Positions 47,418-57,274 of a stretch of DNA of 64,000 nt are shown here, piece by piece. The DNA comes from Candidatus Poribacteria bacterium (GTDB lineage Bacteria; Poribacteria; WGA-4E; PCPOR2b), in the NCBI GenBank assembly GCA_965215015.1, contig OZ244042.1, positions 3,104,001 through 3,168,000 on the forward strand, read 5' to 3'. The stretch's first letter is position 1; each line of letters begins with the position of its first letter. The translations under genes and the position numbers were made by a program. The notes beneath the pieces are model-generated. The model had not been told where the DNA came from and ran no database searches. It saw only the letters and a program-made list of their open reading frames with translations.

Positions 47418-49943
47418 ATGCAAAATACGCTCAATGCGAACACCTTACTATCACCAGTTGAGGCACTAACCGTGACATACGATCGGGAACGATTTGAGGA
47501 CATCGGGCACATGACCTGTATGACACTGGTGCTGCTTGGTAATTATGCCCAGACGGGGCATTTTGGCGGACCGTTGGCTTACACGCCTTACAATGTCGCA
47601 CTCCATTTAGCGGGGCCAGAGCTCGGAGGCTTATGCTACGACTATCGCAACCCCAAGCATCCGTTCTGCGATAAGTTCATGCTCGCCGGCGGGCATAATA
47701 TTCCTACCGCATATGCGTTGTGGATGATTATGGGCGAGGCAATGGCACGTCAGCACTCAGCTACGGGAGATCGGCGTTACAAAGTTGCCCCAGAAGTTGC
47801 CATGTTACCGATCGATGCCCTCGGTTTTCGGCGCGGCGCAGGAGCGTTAAAGACTTTACTGAAAGAGAACGATTTGGAAGATCACCCGCTTTTTGCACAA
47901 GCACAATTACGTGGAATCCGGTCGCTGGCGGGGCATTCCGAAACGACCGATTTGACCAACGATGTCAATGGGGGACCCTCAGGTATTGGTATCGCAACAG
48001 CTGCTGGTAAGGCAGCGTTCTGGAACTTTCTAGGTGCACCTGAATCACTGAAAGTGCTCGCACTTGAGGGCGAATTTGCCATGACCGAGGGACACGCCCA
48101 AGAACTAAAAACACAGGCACTAGCAATGCAGGTGGGGAAGCGTCTGCGTATTTTGCTCTCTTATAATAATGCGGGTATTGACGATACTTTGGTGGGCGGG
48201 GTTATTGATTCTAAATATAAGCAGTACGAGCTTGAGGAGCAGTGGACTTCTTACGGATGGAATGTGTTTGCTCTTGAAAACGGTAATGATTATGATCAGA
48301 TTCTTGCAGTTCTCAAAACTATGGAAGATTGGGACTCCGACGACCGACGCCCCATGATCGTTATCGGTAGGACGGTCAAGGGCTATTGGCCCAGTGCGAT
48401 AGATGGGAAGATTGAGGGGTACGGGGATCAGTTGGTCAGTTACCCAAGCCATCCGTACGGATTCAAAATGAACGAAGAATATTTCGTTGCTTTGGCAGAA
48501 ACCTTTGAGAAGCGTTACGAGGTAGAATTTGAGGGCATTCGCCAGGGACCGGTAACCGATGAGCGCGAGCGCCTAATACAGTTTAAGACCAATATTGATG
48601 TAGTGATGTCGCTGCTCGATCAAAATGGGTTGGGGGATTGGCTTGCCAATCGACTCGTTAATATTGGTGATGCAGTTCAGGATGATTTGTCGCTGCGAGT
48701 TGATACCAGGCACAACCCATTTCTGGACGATCAGCTTCGGGTGGAAAATCTCCCGGTTGAGTCGCAGACCCTTGTTGCGAAGCATCCGGTGTCAGGTGAA
48801 GAACAGGAGGTGGATATCGCCCTGTTCAAGAAACCCGGAGAGGTAGCCGGAACCCGTCGGGCAATTTCGGAAATTATCAAGTGGATGAATTATGTGACAG
48901 ATAACCGCTTTATCACCCTCGCTGCTGACCTCTCTGAGTCAATCAATGTTGAACATGGTAGCCTTTGGGGACATTACAATCCGGTCACTAATCCAGCCGG
49001 CACGCGTTTCAAAGCCCCTATCCAAGAAGCGGGGAATGCGTCAAGTGCCATCGGGTTGGTTGGTCAAAGTGCCTCGCTTGACCCGGACAAGTTCGCCGGG
49101 GTCTGGGCATTGAGTGGCACTTACGGTGCTTTTACACCGTTGATGTACCTGCCTGCCCGCGTATGGAGCCAGCAGAATCAGGACAGTCCTTTCCGAATGG
49201 GCGTTCTTAACATCCTCGCTGGGCATTCAGGACCAGAGACCGCCGCTGATGCACGGACGCACTTTGGTATTTTTGCACCACAGGTGTGGAAGCTCTTTCC
49301 CAGGGGACAGGCGATACACGTCAGTTTCTGGGATTACAACGATGTCGCCCCGGGCTATTTCGCCGCTGCCGAGGTTGCCGCACGCGATCCTCGGGTCGGG
49401 GTTATTATCATTGAGGTCGCTCGCCCGGATTTTCCAGTGGCGGACCGCAGCACCTTCGCTGACAGCGATCTCAAGGCGGCAGCCAAAGGGTTATACGTCA
49501 TTCGCGATTTTGACCCGGGCAGTCCCAAACACGGCTATGTAGTCGTCCAAGGCTCTAACTCTACAGTCAATTTGTTCCAGATTATGCCCCGCCTAGAGGC
49601 GGAGGGTATAAACGTGAAAATCATTGCTGCTGTAAGCGAAGAGTTGTTCGATCAACAACCCGATGCCTATCGCCAGTCTGTATTGCCCCTAGAAGCACGT
49701 TACGATCTGATGGTGGTCAGTACAGGAACGCAACGCGTTTGGCCCATCAGAAATGTAGGACCGTTGACGGACGCCTATTCGCTTACAGCAGACAGGGATA
49801 ACCAATGGCTTACCGGCGGAACAGAAACAGATGTCATCGCGGAAGCGCATCTTGATGCCGAGTCAATCTTTGTTGGGATCAAACGCTTCGCCAGTGAGCG
49901 CGAGCAGCGTCTGTCAGTTCAGCGTAAATGGCTAACGACATGA
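47418..49943 (+). CDS. Atypical large transketolase-like protein
   Basis: 'GHFGG', 'DKFMLAGGH', 'GHSE', 'ADLSES', 'IQE' and 'DARTH'. Confidence 0.8.
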   Translation: MQNTLNANTLLSPVEALTVTYDRERFEDIGHMTCMTLVLLGNYAQTGHFGGPLAYTPYNVALHLAGPELGGLCYDYRNPKHPFCDKFMLAGGHNIPTAYALWMIMGEAMARQHSATGDRRYKVAPEVAMLPIDALGFRRGAGALKTLLKENDLEDHPLFAQAQLRGIRSLAGHSETTDLTNDVNGGPSGIGIATAAGKAAFWNFLGAPESLKVLALEGEFAMTEGHAQELKTQALAMQVGKRLRILLSYNNAGIDDTLVGGVIDSKYKQYELEEQWTSYGWNVFALENGNDYDQILAVLKTMEDWDSDDRRPMIVIGRTVKGYWPSAIDGKIEGYGDQLVSYPSHPYGFKMNEEYFVALAETFEKRYEVEFEGIRQGPVTDERERLIQFKTNIDVVMSLLDQNGLGDWLANRLVNIGDAVQDDLSLRVDTRHNPFLDDQLRVENLPVESQTLVAKHPVSGEEQEVDIALFKKPGEVAGTRRAISEIIKWMNYVTDNRFITLAADLSESINVEHGSLWGHYNPVTNPAGTRFKAPIQEAGNASSAIGLVGQSASLDPDKFAGVWALSGTYGAFTPLMYLPARVWSQQNQDSPFRMGVLNILAGHSGPETAADARTHFGIFAPQVWKLFPRGQAIHVSFWDYNDVAPGYFAAAEVAARDPRVGVIIIEVARPDFPVADRSTFADSDLKAAAKGLYVIRDFDPGSPKHGYVVVQGSNSTVNLFQIMPRLEAEGINVKIIAAVSEELFDQQPDAYRQSVLPLEARYDLMVVSTGTQRVWPIRNVGPLTDAYSLTADRDNQWLTGGTETDVIAEAHLDAESIFVGIKRFASEREQRLSVQRKWLTT

Positions 49944-49952
49944 GGTTAACGA

Positions 49953-50408
49953 TAGGGGAATTGCATCTGCTGCAAAGATTAGACAACTGAGCAGTCAACC
50001 CCTGGGGTAAACCGCTGTCGTGCTGCAGAGACAAACCTTAATGAAATTGGGATTGCCCGACCCGCGGGTGATCACAGGTTAGGAAACCTGTGGCTACGAG
50101 TAGATTGCCATTAGGGTATACCAAAGTCCTACCCACTACTTGCATCAGGGGTACTCATAAAGTAGCAGGCATGATTCGCGTGTCGCAAACCCCACAATCG
50201 TTACGGCATATGGCTTAGCTAACACCCAACTGCCATTAAAATCCCAACCATAGCTTAAAAAACAAAGCACCTCCAATCCGTTGGTGGGGGATTTTTCCCC
50301 ATCTACGGCCTGAGCCCCCTATCTGTATCCATGTTTTCTATGCCATCTGCTGAATCCGCTATTCAGACAATTATTATGAGCATCCTTCATTTACATGCGA
50401 TTGCCCTG
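49953..50408. mobile_element. MITE family B copy 2, carrying a nested family C element
   Basis: TAGGGGAATTGCATCT...ATGCGATTGCCCTG, homologous to 28627-28918. Confidence 0.75.
50146..50388. mobile_element. MITE family C copy 2 (nested, inverted relative to 16725)
   Basis: CAGGGGTACTCATAA...TTATGAGCATCCTTC. Confidence 0.8.
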
Positions 50409-50419
50409 GGGTTAGCGGA

Positions 50420-51169
50420 CTAAATGCCTAACAAATGACAAGCGTTACCGCCTAAGATTAACCGCTTGGCTTCGTCGGAAATATCAGAGGTGATAATTTT
50501 GCCGATCTGGGGACGTGGATCCATCAAGGGTGTATCGGAGCCAAATAGCACCCGATCTGCGCCCGCCTCATTCACCAATTGCTCAATCACGCCGGGTGTC
50601 CGATAGGTCGAGCAAGTTTCGAGATAGACGTTGGGATATGTCTGCGCGGCGGCGATAGCTTCAGTGCGTGGTTCAACGACGTTACCGGCATGCCCCGCGA
50701 CAAACTTGGCGTTCGGATATTGCGGTGCGATCTCGGACAGATACCGAGGGCGGCTTAATTCGCCACCATCGGTATGAAAAAGGACTGCCAATCCTCGCTC
50801 ATTTGCAAACTCGTAGATAGGGTGCCACTGCGGTTGGTTAAAGGGCCAAAGGGTATAGGGCGGATACAGCTTAATGGCGGGAAATTTCAACTCATCAACC
50901 GCGCGAGTCAACTCCGGCACCATGCGCTCCGGCATCATCGGTGAAACGTAGGCAAATCCGATAAATCGATCTGGATGCTGGGCGATAAAATGGGCGGCTT
51001 GGTCATTGCTCGTTGTGCCATCAGGGTGGAAAATGCCAAACACGCAGGATTTGTCAATACCCACTGAATCCATCGCGTGGAGCATTAATTTCGGATCATC
51101 CTTCATGCCGAGCGGATCCCAGCGCCCCACATGCCCGTGAAAATCAATGACTTGTGTTCCATCAATCAT
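50420..51169 (-). CDS. Amidohydrolase_2 family protein
   Basis: 'IDFHGH', 'IKLYP', 'FHT', 'GHAG' and 'RVLFGSD'. Confidence 0.9.
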   Translation of the reverse strand: MIDGTQVIDFHGHVGRWDPLGMKDDPKLMLHAMDSVGIDKSCVFGIFHPDGTTSNDQAAHFIAQHPDRFIGFAYVSPMMPERMVPELTRAVDELKFPAIKLYPPYTLWPFNQPQWHPIYEFANERGLAVLFHTDGGELSRPRYLSEIAPQYPNAKFVAGHAGNVVEPRTEAIAAAQTYPNVYLETCSTYRTPGVIEQLVNEAGADRVLFGSDTPLMDPRPQIGKIITSDISDEAKRLILGGNACHLLGI

Positions 51170-51924
51170 TTCGTGCCTCCTTGTAGGATACGCTCAAGAT
51201 TTCCAGCGCAAATCGACGTGAGCTCAGCATCAGTTAGGTTGGTGTGGTGCAGATAGAATAACATCGGTCCCATCGCATAGCGTGAATACCACGAACCGTA
51301 GACCAATCGCTCGGCACCAAACTCGTCGCGCAGAGACTCTATCTCGCAGATCGGTTCATAGCGACTCAACTCCAAGTGGGCATTCGGTAAAGCGGCTAAC
51401 ATTGGACGCAACCACAGGGCATGGACATAATGCGCTCCTACCAAGACCGATACCAGGTCCGGATACGCCTGAAGTGTTGTGACTAGCGCATCCGCATCGG
51501 CGTCCGGCAGGAGGGCCCAGATAGGGATGCGCTCCTCACTGAGCCAAGATAGCAGCGTATCGTAAGCCCAAGGACGGAAGGGCAGATCCCGTTGCCCGGT
51601 ATCGAACAATCGCACACAGTTGACCCTCCCTGCAGCATGAAGCGATTGAATCTGCACAAGCGAATCCGCTGTAGGAATAGCCATCCACTGCGGATGGGTG
51701 CGCCCATCATCGCCAAGCCACGCTTCAAGGTAGTTATTGCCTGCAATTGGGCTAACATTGTCAGCGTGTGCGTGGTAGATAAGAGCGCGTTCTACCCCAT
51801 GTCGATCCATTTCTGCCAACAACCCCGCCCGGTCGCGGTAAGGGGCAAGCTCGTCTAGTAGATCGCCAACCCTCACGTTGGCATCAAAAACAGGTACTCT
51901 CGATGTGAAATTGAGTGATGTCAT
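51166..51924 (-). CDS. Amidohydrolase-fold protein lacking metal ligands
   Basis: 'FDANVRVG' and 'RLVYGSW' replace DxHxH and FGSD. ATGA overlaps on both sides. Confidence 0.75.
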   Translation of the reverse strand: MTSLNFTSRVPVFDANVRVGDLLDELAPYRDRAGLLAEMDRHGVERALIYHAHADNVSPIAGNNYLEAWLGDDGRTHPQWMAIPTADSLVQIQSLHAAGRVNCVRLFDTGQRDLPFRPWAYDTLLSWLSEERIPIWALLPDADADALVTTLQAYPDLVSVLVGAHYVHALWLRPMLAALPNAHLELSRYEPICEIESLRDEFGAERLVYGSWYSRYAMGPMLFYLHHTNLTDAELTSICAGNLERILQGGTK

Positions 51925-52277
51925 AACTTCCTTTGAACCCAATCAGGGTACTTTTCATGGAGTATCCGCTTACACGCCTGATACTCCGCTTCCGTAAAGC
52001 TTTGATACGGTGAGAGCAGGCGTAGCGGCATATCTTCTAGCCCACCTAGCCGCACAATGATTTTGTCGTAGGCACCGTCTATCCGTTCCTTATCCCACAC
52101 CGGACAGCGAGGAGTATCAACCGCATGTCCCTCGCCGGCAGTGCCAAAGATATAGGTGGTTGCCCCCTCCCTGAGAGTATGCTGCCCCTCCTCTCGAAAC
52201 AGGTCGTCCATCAGATTCTCGTTTTCGTCCCACGGTATCTCACAGGACACCAGAACCGCTTGAGGATAGCGCGCCAT
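51921..52277 (-). pseudogene. DHDPS/DapA-like aldolase with large internal in-frame deletion
   Basis: N-terminal 'YIFGTAGEG' is joined almost directly to the C-terminal 'IDGAYDK..PLRLLSPY'. Only about 118 aa. Confidence 0.7.
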
Positions 52278-52294
52278 TTCTCGACCTCCCTCCA

Positions 52295-53047
52295 TCAATT
52301 CCCGTCAAAACACCCCGCCATATCTTCCAGAAAATTATCAACACTCACCTGCTGATACCGTCCGACGTAAGGGAAATTGCTCTGAGTGGAGTGTTCAACC
52401 TTACATCCCTGCACTTGGTGCGTTAATGTGCTTTCGGCGTTGGGGAAATCGGCAATGCTCCTCTGAACGAGATCTGCCACCTGTTGAGAGGCGCGAATCT
52501 CTACATTGGGAATCGGCGTATTGTAGTAGTAAACAGCCTTAAGCCGAGTACTAAGCATCTTACGCGCATAAGCGGGGAGGGGGGATTCGTCGAAACCCGG
52601 TTTGAAATCGTGCGGCAAGAACGGGCGATTTATCTGAAAATCGAAAATCTGTTTGAGCATCCCTGTAGCACTTCTCGGTGTTGGAATCCACTTTGAATTG
52701 GGCCAAACATCCAGATTTCCCCAACCTGTCCCAATGCGATCCATCGGTAGCCCTTCGCCGTGAGTATGGACAGTCCCTGCGCTTACGCCAATAAACGCAA
52801 AGTGTTGTGGGTAGTCGAAGAAATCGGTCTCCCGTGATCGGAGAACATCGTAGAAGGCGGTTGTCAACGCCAGCAGGGCGTCCCCGGTGTAGAGGATACC
52901 ATCTTCGAGACAAGGGGAGATGACGCCGACACGGTCCAGTTCGTGATAGTCGGGACAGAACTCCTTAAAGTCAACGCTGATCCGCTCATCTTCAGCGAGG
53001 TGCCAATATTGAAAGTCTGAAGCTCTTAGTAATTTGCTCGTGTGCAT
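52295..53047 (-). CDS. Hypothetical protein
   Basis: 250-aa ORF co-oriented within the operon; I recognise no family. Aromatic-rich 'TTAFYD..FFDYPQHF'. Confidence 0.65.
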   Translation of the reverse strand: MHTSKLLRASDFQYWHLAEDERISVDFKEFCPDYHELDRVGVISPCLEDGILYTGDALLALTTAFYDVLRSRETDFFDYPQHFAFIGVSAGTVHTHGEGLPMDRIGTGWGNLDVWPNSKWIPTPRSATGMLKQIFDFQINRPFLPHDFKPGFDESPLPAYARKMLSTRLKAVYYYNTPIPNVEIRASQQVADLVQRSIADFPNAESTLTHQVQGCKVEHSTQSNFPYVGRYQQVSVDNFLEDMAGCFDGN

Positions 53048-53075
53048 AGTTACGTTGGTTCATTGGTAGATTAGA

Positions 53076-53108
53076 GTTGGGCTTCACTGTCGTTCAACCC
53101 AACCTACG
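53076..53108. repeat. REP-like palindrome
   Basis: GTTGGGCTTCACTGTCGTTCAACCCAACCTACG. Confidence 0.7.
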
Positions 53109-53145
53109 ACACTCCTTAAAGGAAAAACAAAGGATGATAAATCTT

Positions 53146-53913
53146 TTAGATGCGCCCCGGCATCGACTTCCCCCGCATCAGCATCGCATCGTTTTCTCTT
53201 TCTGGCGGACCTGTGTATTGACACTTGGCACTGACATAGTGTGTCGCATAACCTCGCCGCCTCTGGTTCGTCTGGTTGGGACGACTGCTGTGGAGAATGA
53301 GACCGTGGTGGAAGCTGCAATCGCCCGCTTTCAACACCAATGGACGCTCTTCAGCTAGACTTCCCTCAACCGACATCTGCTCGTATTCCGCCCATTTCGA
53401 TTTGTCTATGATGCCGAATTTGTGAGTGCCGGGGAGCATCCAAACGCATCCATTCTCGATTGTCGAATCGGTAAGTGCCGCCCAGCAGGTCACCATGTCG
53501 GGCGGATCGATGTAGAATCCGAGCGGCATATCCTGATGGTAGCGTTGTCGCGAACCGACCCGCGGGGGCTTCATAAAAAGCTGGTCTTGGTAGAGCTTGA
53601 TGTCGGGACCTAGCAGCGATCCGATAATGTCCAGAATCTTCGGATTGCGGGCATGGTTTGCAAATTCTTCATCGTAGAAGGCGAGATGGCTCATTTTCCG
53701 AAGGGAATCGGCGTGGTTTTCCACCTGAACCTTCCCTGCTCCCACGTGGGGTTCGACCTGGAGTTGCCCTTTCGGGATATGGGAGGCTTTCCCGCTTGCT
53801 ACCCATTCAGCGTGAGCAAGAAGCGAAGCAACCTCATCGGGGTCAAGCAAATTTTCCACAATAATGAATCCGTCTTCCCAGAACTGTTTCACTCGCTCAT
53901 TAGACAGCTGCAT
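53146..53913 (-). CDS. Phytanoyl-CoA dioxygenase (PhyH) family protein
   Basis: 'FWEDGF', 'FMKPP', HQD, 'ENGCVWMLPGTH' and 'AGDCSFHHGLILH'. Confidence 0.92.
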   Translation of the reverse strand: MQLSNERVKQFWEDGFIIVENLLDPDEVASLLAHAEWVASGKASHIPKGQLQVEPHVGAGKVQVENHADSLRKMSHLAFYDEEFANHARNPKILDIIGSLLGPDIKLYQDQLFMKPPRVGSRQRYHQDMPLGFYIDPPDMVTCWAALTDSTIENGCVWMLPGTHKFGIIDKSKWAEYEQMSVEGSLAEERPLVLKAGDCSFHHGLILHSSRPNQTNQRRRGYATHYVSAKCQYTGPPERENDAMLMRGKSMPGRI

Positions 53914-54050
53914 GATATGTTTTCCTTCTCAAATTGAACCTATCTCTGTTCCGAAAGTCCTTGATCTGACGCGTTTCAGATAAGATTGGAATTCAAAGTA
54001 ACTGAGACTATGGGTTGGGCAAGATGCCCGGCCTATGGGGAGGGTGTATT

Positions 54051-54082
54051 GTTGGGTTTTACTATCGTTTAACCTAGCCTAC
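54051..54082. repeat. REP-like palindrome (degenerate)
   Basis: GTTGGGTTTTACTATCGTTTAACCTAGCCTACG. Confidence 0.55.
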
Positions 54083-54429
54083 GGTTCTTTTTTTTCGCCG
54101 CCAATTTCCGCGAATGTCTGTAAAGGGCGAGGGAACATCACCCCCCGATAAATCGGGCTGCAAGTACCTCAGATTAGTATTTATTGGCGAATTATGGACG
54201 CGCCTCACATAAATGTCAACAGAACCTAGCAACTTCCGTTATTTATTCGTGGGCAGAGGGAAGTACCTCTCCGCAATACTGAAGGTTATCTCCCCCAATA
54301 ACCCCCTAATCCAAGAGCGTTCCATCGCTGCCGCGGCGTATTAATGCTGCATCTCCGGTGAAGGTAATATCCTCGAACTGCCGATGACTTGCTGGCTCTG
54401 GCGAGTAGTCCCTTCCTTTACGCATCATG

Positions 54430-55140
54430 TCACCCTGACAAAAGCCTTCCATACCCGTCAATCGGATCGTGATGCCCCAAGGCTCGTAAACACCCCCAGC
54501 ATGTCGCCAAGTTGCTAGAGAGGACCGGCACACCGAGTTGTGCTTCCAATCGCGCCAACACATCAATAGTGCGTAGGTTGGTACAACTGATAAACATTCC
54601 GTCAGCATCATTCTGCCAGACACGCCGGGCAAATTCATACGTCTCTTGTGGTGTCACCTTTCCGATGCTGAAGGCATCCACGATGTCCATGCCGGCAATT
54701 GTCAGGACTTCGATGCCTTCGTCCTCCAAGAATTGCTTCTCTAGCACATTGAGTTCGTCCGGGTAAGGTGTGGCAACCGCGACGCGTCGAATACCGAGCG
54801 TCCGCAATGCACCCGCAACGGAACCCGAGGTTGTAACCGCCTGTGCTTCTCCTGCCCGTTTGATTCGGTCTCGTAATTCAATTTCGCCTTCAACGCCCGC
54901 CACAAAACTGCTCGCAGTACAGGCAAAGGCTATCACATCTGCATGTGCGCTGCCGAGCTCGTCGGCGGCACGCTCCACATGTTGAAGCATCGCCTTGGAG
55001 TCGTCTACATCGGACCGCGTATTCCGCATCCGCGCCGCATAGACGTTAATGCCCTCTGGAATCATTCGGTTAAACTCTGGTTCCACGACTGTATTAACTG
55101 ATGGCACTAACAACCCAATTCGTCCGTTCTGTCCGTACAT
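54430..55140 (-). CDS. Asp/Glu racemase superfamily (maleate isomerase/arylmalonate decarboxylase-like)
   Basis: 'IGLLVPSVNTVVEPE', 'ACT', 'TPY' and 'ISCTNL'. Confidence 0.9.
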   Translation of the reverse strand: MYGQNGRIGLLVPSVNTVVEPEFNRMIPEGINVYAARMRNTRSDVDDSKAMLQHVERAADELGSAHADVIAFACTASSFVAGVEGEIELRDRIKRAGEAQAVTTSGSVAGALRTLGIRRVAVATPYPDELNVLEKQFLEDEGIEVLTIAGMDIVDAFSIGKVTPQETYEFARRVWQNDADGMFISCTNLRTIDVLARLEAQLGVPVLSSNLATCWGCLRALGHHDPIDGYGRLLSG

Positions 55141-55198
55141 TTTTACCTGCTCCTATTCACGCTAGAGGGAACGCAGATCTCCGTTCTCTACGACTGTT

Positions 55199-56077
55199 TT
55201 ACAAATATCGCTTAGCGATTTTTGCTGCCACTGTCCCAATCTGATAGTAACCGACCGAGATCTGTCCGACATGCGTCAGGATGTCATACGCTTTCCAACG
55301 ATCCCAGCCGAACTCTTCTTCCATCCATAAAATTAACCACGCATAAGCCTGAGCGGTCGAACGCTCCATCGGGCAGCCGGTAGCGACGGTCATAATCTCT
55401 GTAGGAGATTCGATTCGAGGCCCCGGCAGGTTCTTGACCTTGATTAAATTGACGGTAATCTTTGTTTCCGATGGCATTTCTAGCCCGGAAGCGGAGAGTT
55501 CGCCGTGCCCCATCGCAGCGTGTGCATCGCCCAGATACAGATACCCACCAGAGACAAATACCGGCAAATAAACGGTATTGCCGGGACAGGTTTCGATGAT
55601 ATCCATATTCCCGCCGTGAGGCCCCGCCGGTCCTGTTGTTGGCACACCGGTATCCGGGGCCGTCCCGATACAGCCAAGCATCGGGGTATAGGGAATGGTG
55701 ATGTCATCGCTCCAGTAAATCTGTCCGTCGCGGATAGGACAGACATGCACACCGTGCGGGCAGTCGTTGCCCAACCATTCGGCGAGCTGTCGGGGATCCG
55801 AGGTTCGGGTGGCGCATTGACCGATGCTTGGCCGAATCTCCTCAATCTTAACCGCTAGCGCGTCTCCCGGTTCAGCACCCTCGATCCAGATTGGACCTGT
55901 CTGCGGGTTGCCGTAAGGTTTTTTGGTTTTATCCCGCCGGTGGGCGTTGGTGCGGATCTGACCTGAAAAGGCGTCCTCTGCCTCTACCAACACGGTTTCG
56001 CCCGGTGTGATTCGTAAGCGCGGCTCGTTATGACGACTGAATTCATAGTAAAGTGGACCAAGGGGGAGTTTTTTCAT
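55199..56077 (-). CDS. Acetamidase/formamidase family protein
   Basis: 'NPQTGPIWIEGAEPGD', 'HGGNMD' and 'GDAHAAMGHGE'. Confidence 0.92.
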   Translation of the reverse strand: MKKLPLGPLYYEFSRHNEPRLRITPGETVLVEAEDAFSGQIRTNAHRRDKTKKPYGNPQTGPIWIEGAEPGDALAVKIEEIRPSIGQCATRTSDPRQLAEWLGNDCPHGVHVCPIRDGQIYWSDDITIPYTPMLGCIGTAPDTGVPTTGPAGPHGGNMDIIETCPGNTVYLPVFVSGGYLYLGDAHAAMGHGELSASGLEMPSETKITVNLIKVKNLPGPRIESPTEIMTVATGCPMERSTAQAYAWLILWMEEEFGWDRWKAYDILTHVGQISVGYYQIGTVAAKIAKRYL

Positions 56078-56191
56078 GTTGTACCTCTTTCGTTCTATGT
56101 AGTCGTGCAGATTTCGTGGGTTGTCGGTCATTTTATCAAAAATCCTTTAGGTGCGGGAGTAGGTCAACTTTACTCATTTTAAGAAATTGAC

Positions 56192-56230
56192 AAGAGAGAC
56201 CGAGCTTTCAAGAAAAAACTCGGTCTCTTT
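56192..56230. repeat. Inverted repeat (REP-like or terminator)
   Basis: AGAGACCGAG...CTCGGTCTCT. Confidence 0.6.
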
Positions 56231-56313
56231 TTCTATAAGCCCCGTAGGTCGGGCTTCCTAGCCCGCCTGCACCAAATGAACCAATAATTGTCACGTTTCA
56301 CGCTCTTTGCGGT

Positions 56314-57102
56314 TTACCAGAGACTCCAACCGCCATCCACCACGAGGTTATGTCCGGTAATCCAGTTGCCAGCGCGTGAGGCGAGCAAGGCAACAGAACC
56401 CTTGATATCATCGGCGACTCCTGTGCGTTCAAGCGGGTTACCCAGGCGACACCGTTCTACCATTTCTGGATCTGTTGTCAATTTCGGAATCTGTCCGGGA
56501 CTAATACAGTTGACGGTGATACCATACTCTCCCAACTCGGCTGCAAGCGCGCGCGTCAGGTTCACTATGCCACCCTTCGCTGCTTGATACGGGGGACCCG
56601 AACGATTGAAATCCAACCCCTCATAGAGGCGTTTGTCAGCACTCAGGAAGCCATGAATCGATCCGAGGGTGATGATTACGCCGCTGCGTTGAGGAATCAT
56701 CACACGGGCTGCGGCTTGTGCACACATGTAGGTACTTTTGACATTCATCTCCCATGTGTGCGTAAACTCATCGATCGAAGCGTTCGGGATATAACTCGTT
56801 GTCGCAGCACCACCGGCGTTGCACACCATTATATCCAACCGCCCGTGCATCTTGACTACCTCATCCACAAGCACTTTGACCTGCGCTTCGTCGGTAACAT
56901 CGCAGCCAAGCCCTACGCATTCGATGCCCGCTTCCTGTAACTCCGCTGCAACCCGTTCACACAAGGCTTTGCGGCGACTGGCAATAACTGTGGCAGCCCC
57001 CAACTCGCCGAGTGCAGTCGTCATTGCACGCCCCAAGTGGGTTGCACCGCCGGTAATGATGGCGACACGATTGTGAAGTTCAAACATCTCTTGTACTTTC
57101 AT
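56314..57102 (-). CDS. Short-chain dehydrogenase/reductase
   Basis: 'ITGGATHLG', 'NAG', YxxxK (YQAAK) and 'VDGG'. Confidence 0.93.
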   Translation of the reverse strand: MKVQEMFELHNRVAIITGGATHLGRAMTTALGELGAATVIASRRKALCERVAAELQEAGIECVGLGCDVTDEAQVKVLVDEVVKMHGRLDIMVCNAGGAATTSYIPNASIDEFTHTWEMNVKSTYMCAQAAARVMIPQRSGVIITLGSIHGFLSADKRLYEGLDFNRSGPPYQAAKGGIVNLTRALAAELGEYGITVNCISPGQIPKLTTDPEMVERCRLGNPLERTGVADDIKGSVALLASRAGNWITGHNLVVDGGWSLW

Positions 57103-57177
57103 TTAGACAATCCTAGGAGGTTGGGCTTACGAATAAAGAAATTAGGAATTTTTAGATTCGGGATATTTGGACATGTG

Positions 57178-57186
57178 TGCTATAAT
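57178..57186 (+). promoter_or_regulatory. Extended -10 promoter element
   Basis: TGCTATAAT upstream of the NHL gene. Confidence 0.45.
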
Positions 57187-57274
57187 ATCTGCCTTTAGAT
57201 GAACCAGATTTTTCCGTTCCCAAGTCCCAGTTGGGGAACTCGGTATCCGCAAATTAAAGCCGGAGGTGTTAATT

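Noticed and set aside
47216-47461. 81-aa ORF before the transketolase-like gene
   Set aside because: TTG start without an RBS, no recognisable motifs, and it overlaps the next gene.
54306-54430. Short protein-like tail (FEDITFTGDAALIRR) after the racemase gene
   Set aside because: Possibly a gene remnant, but too short to assign without a search.
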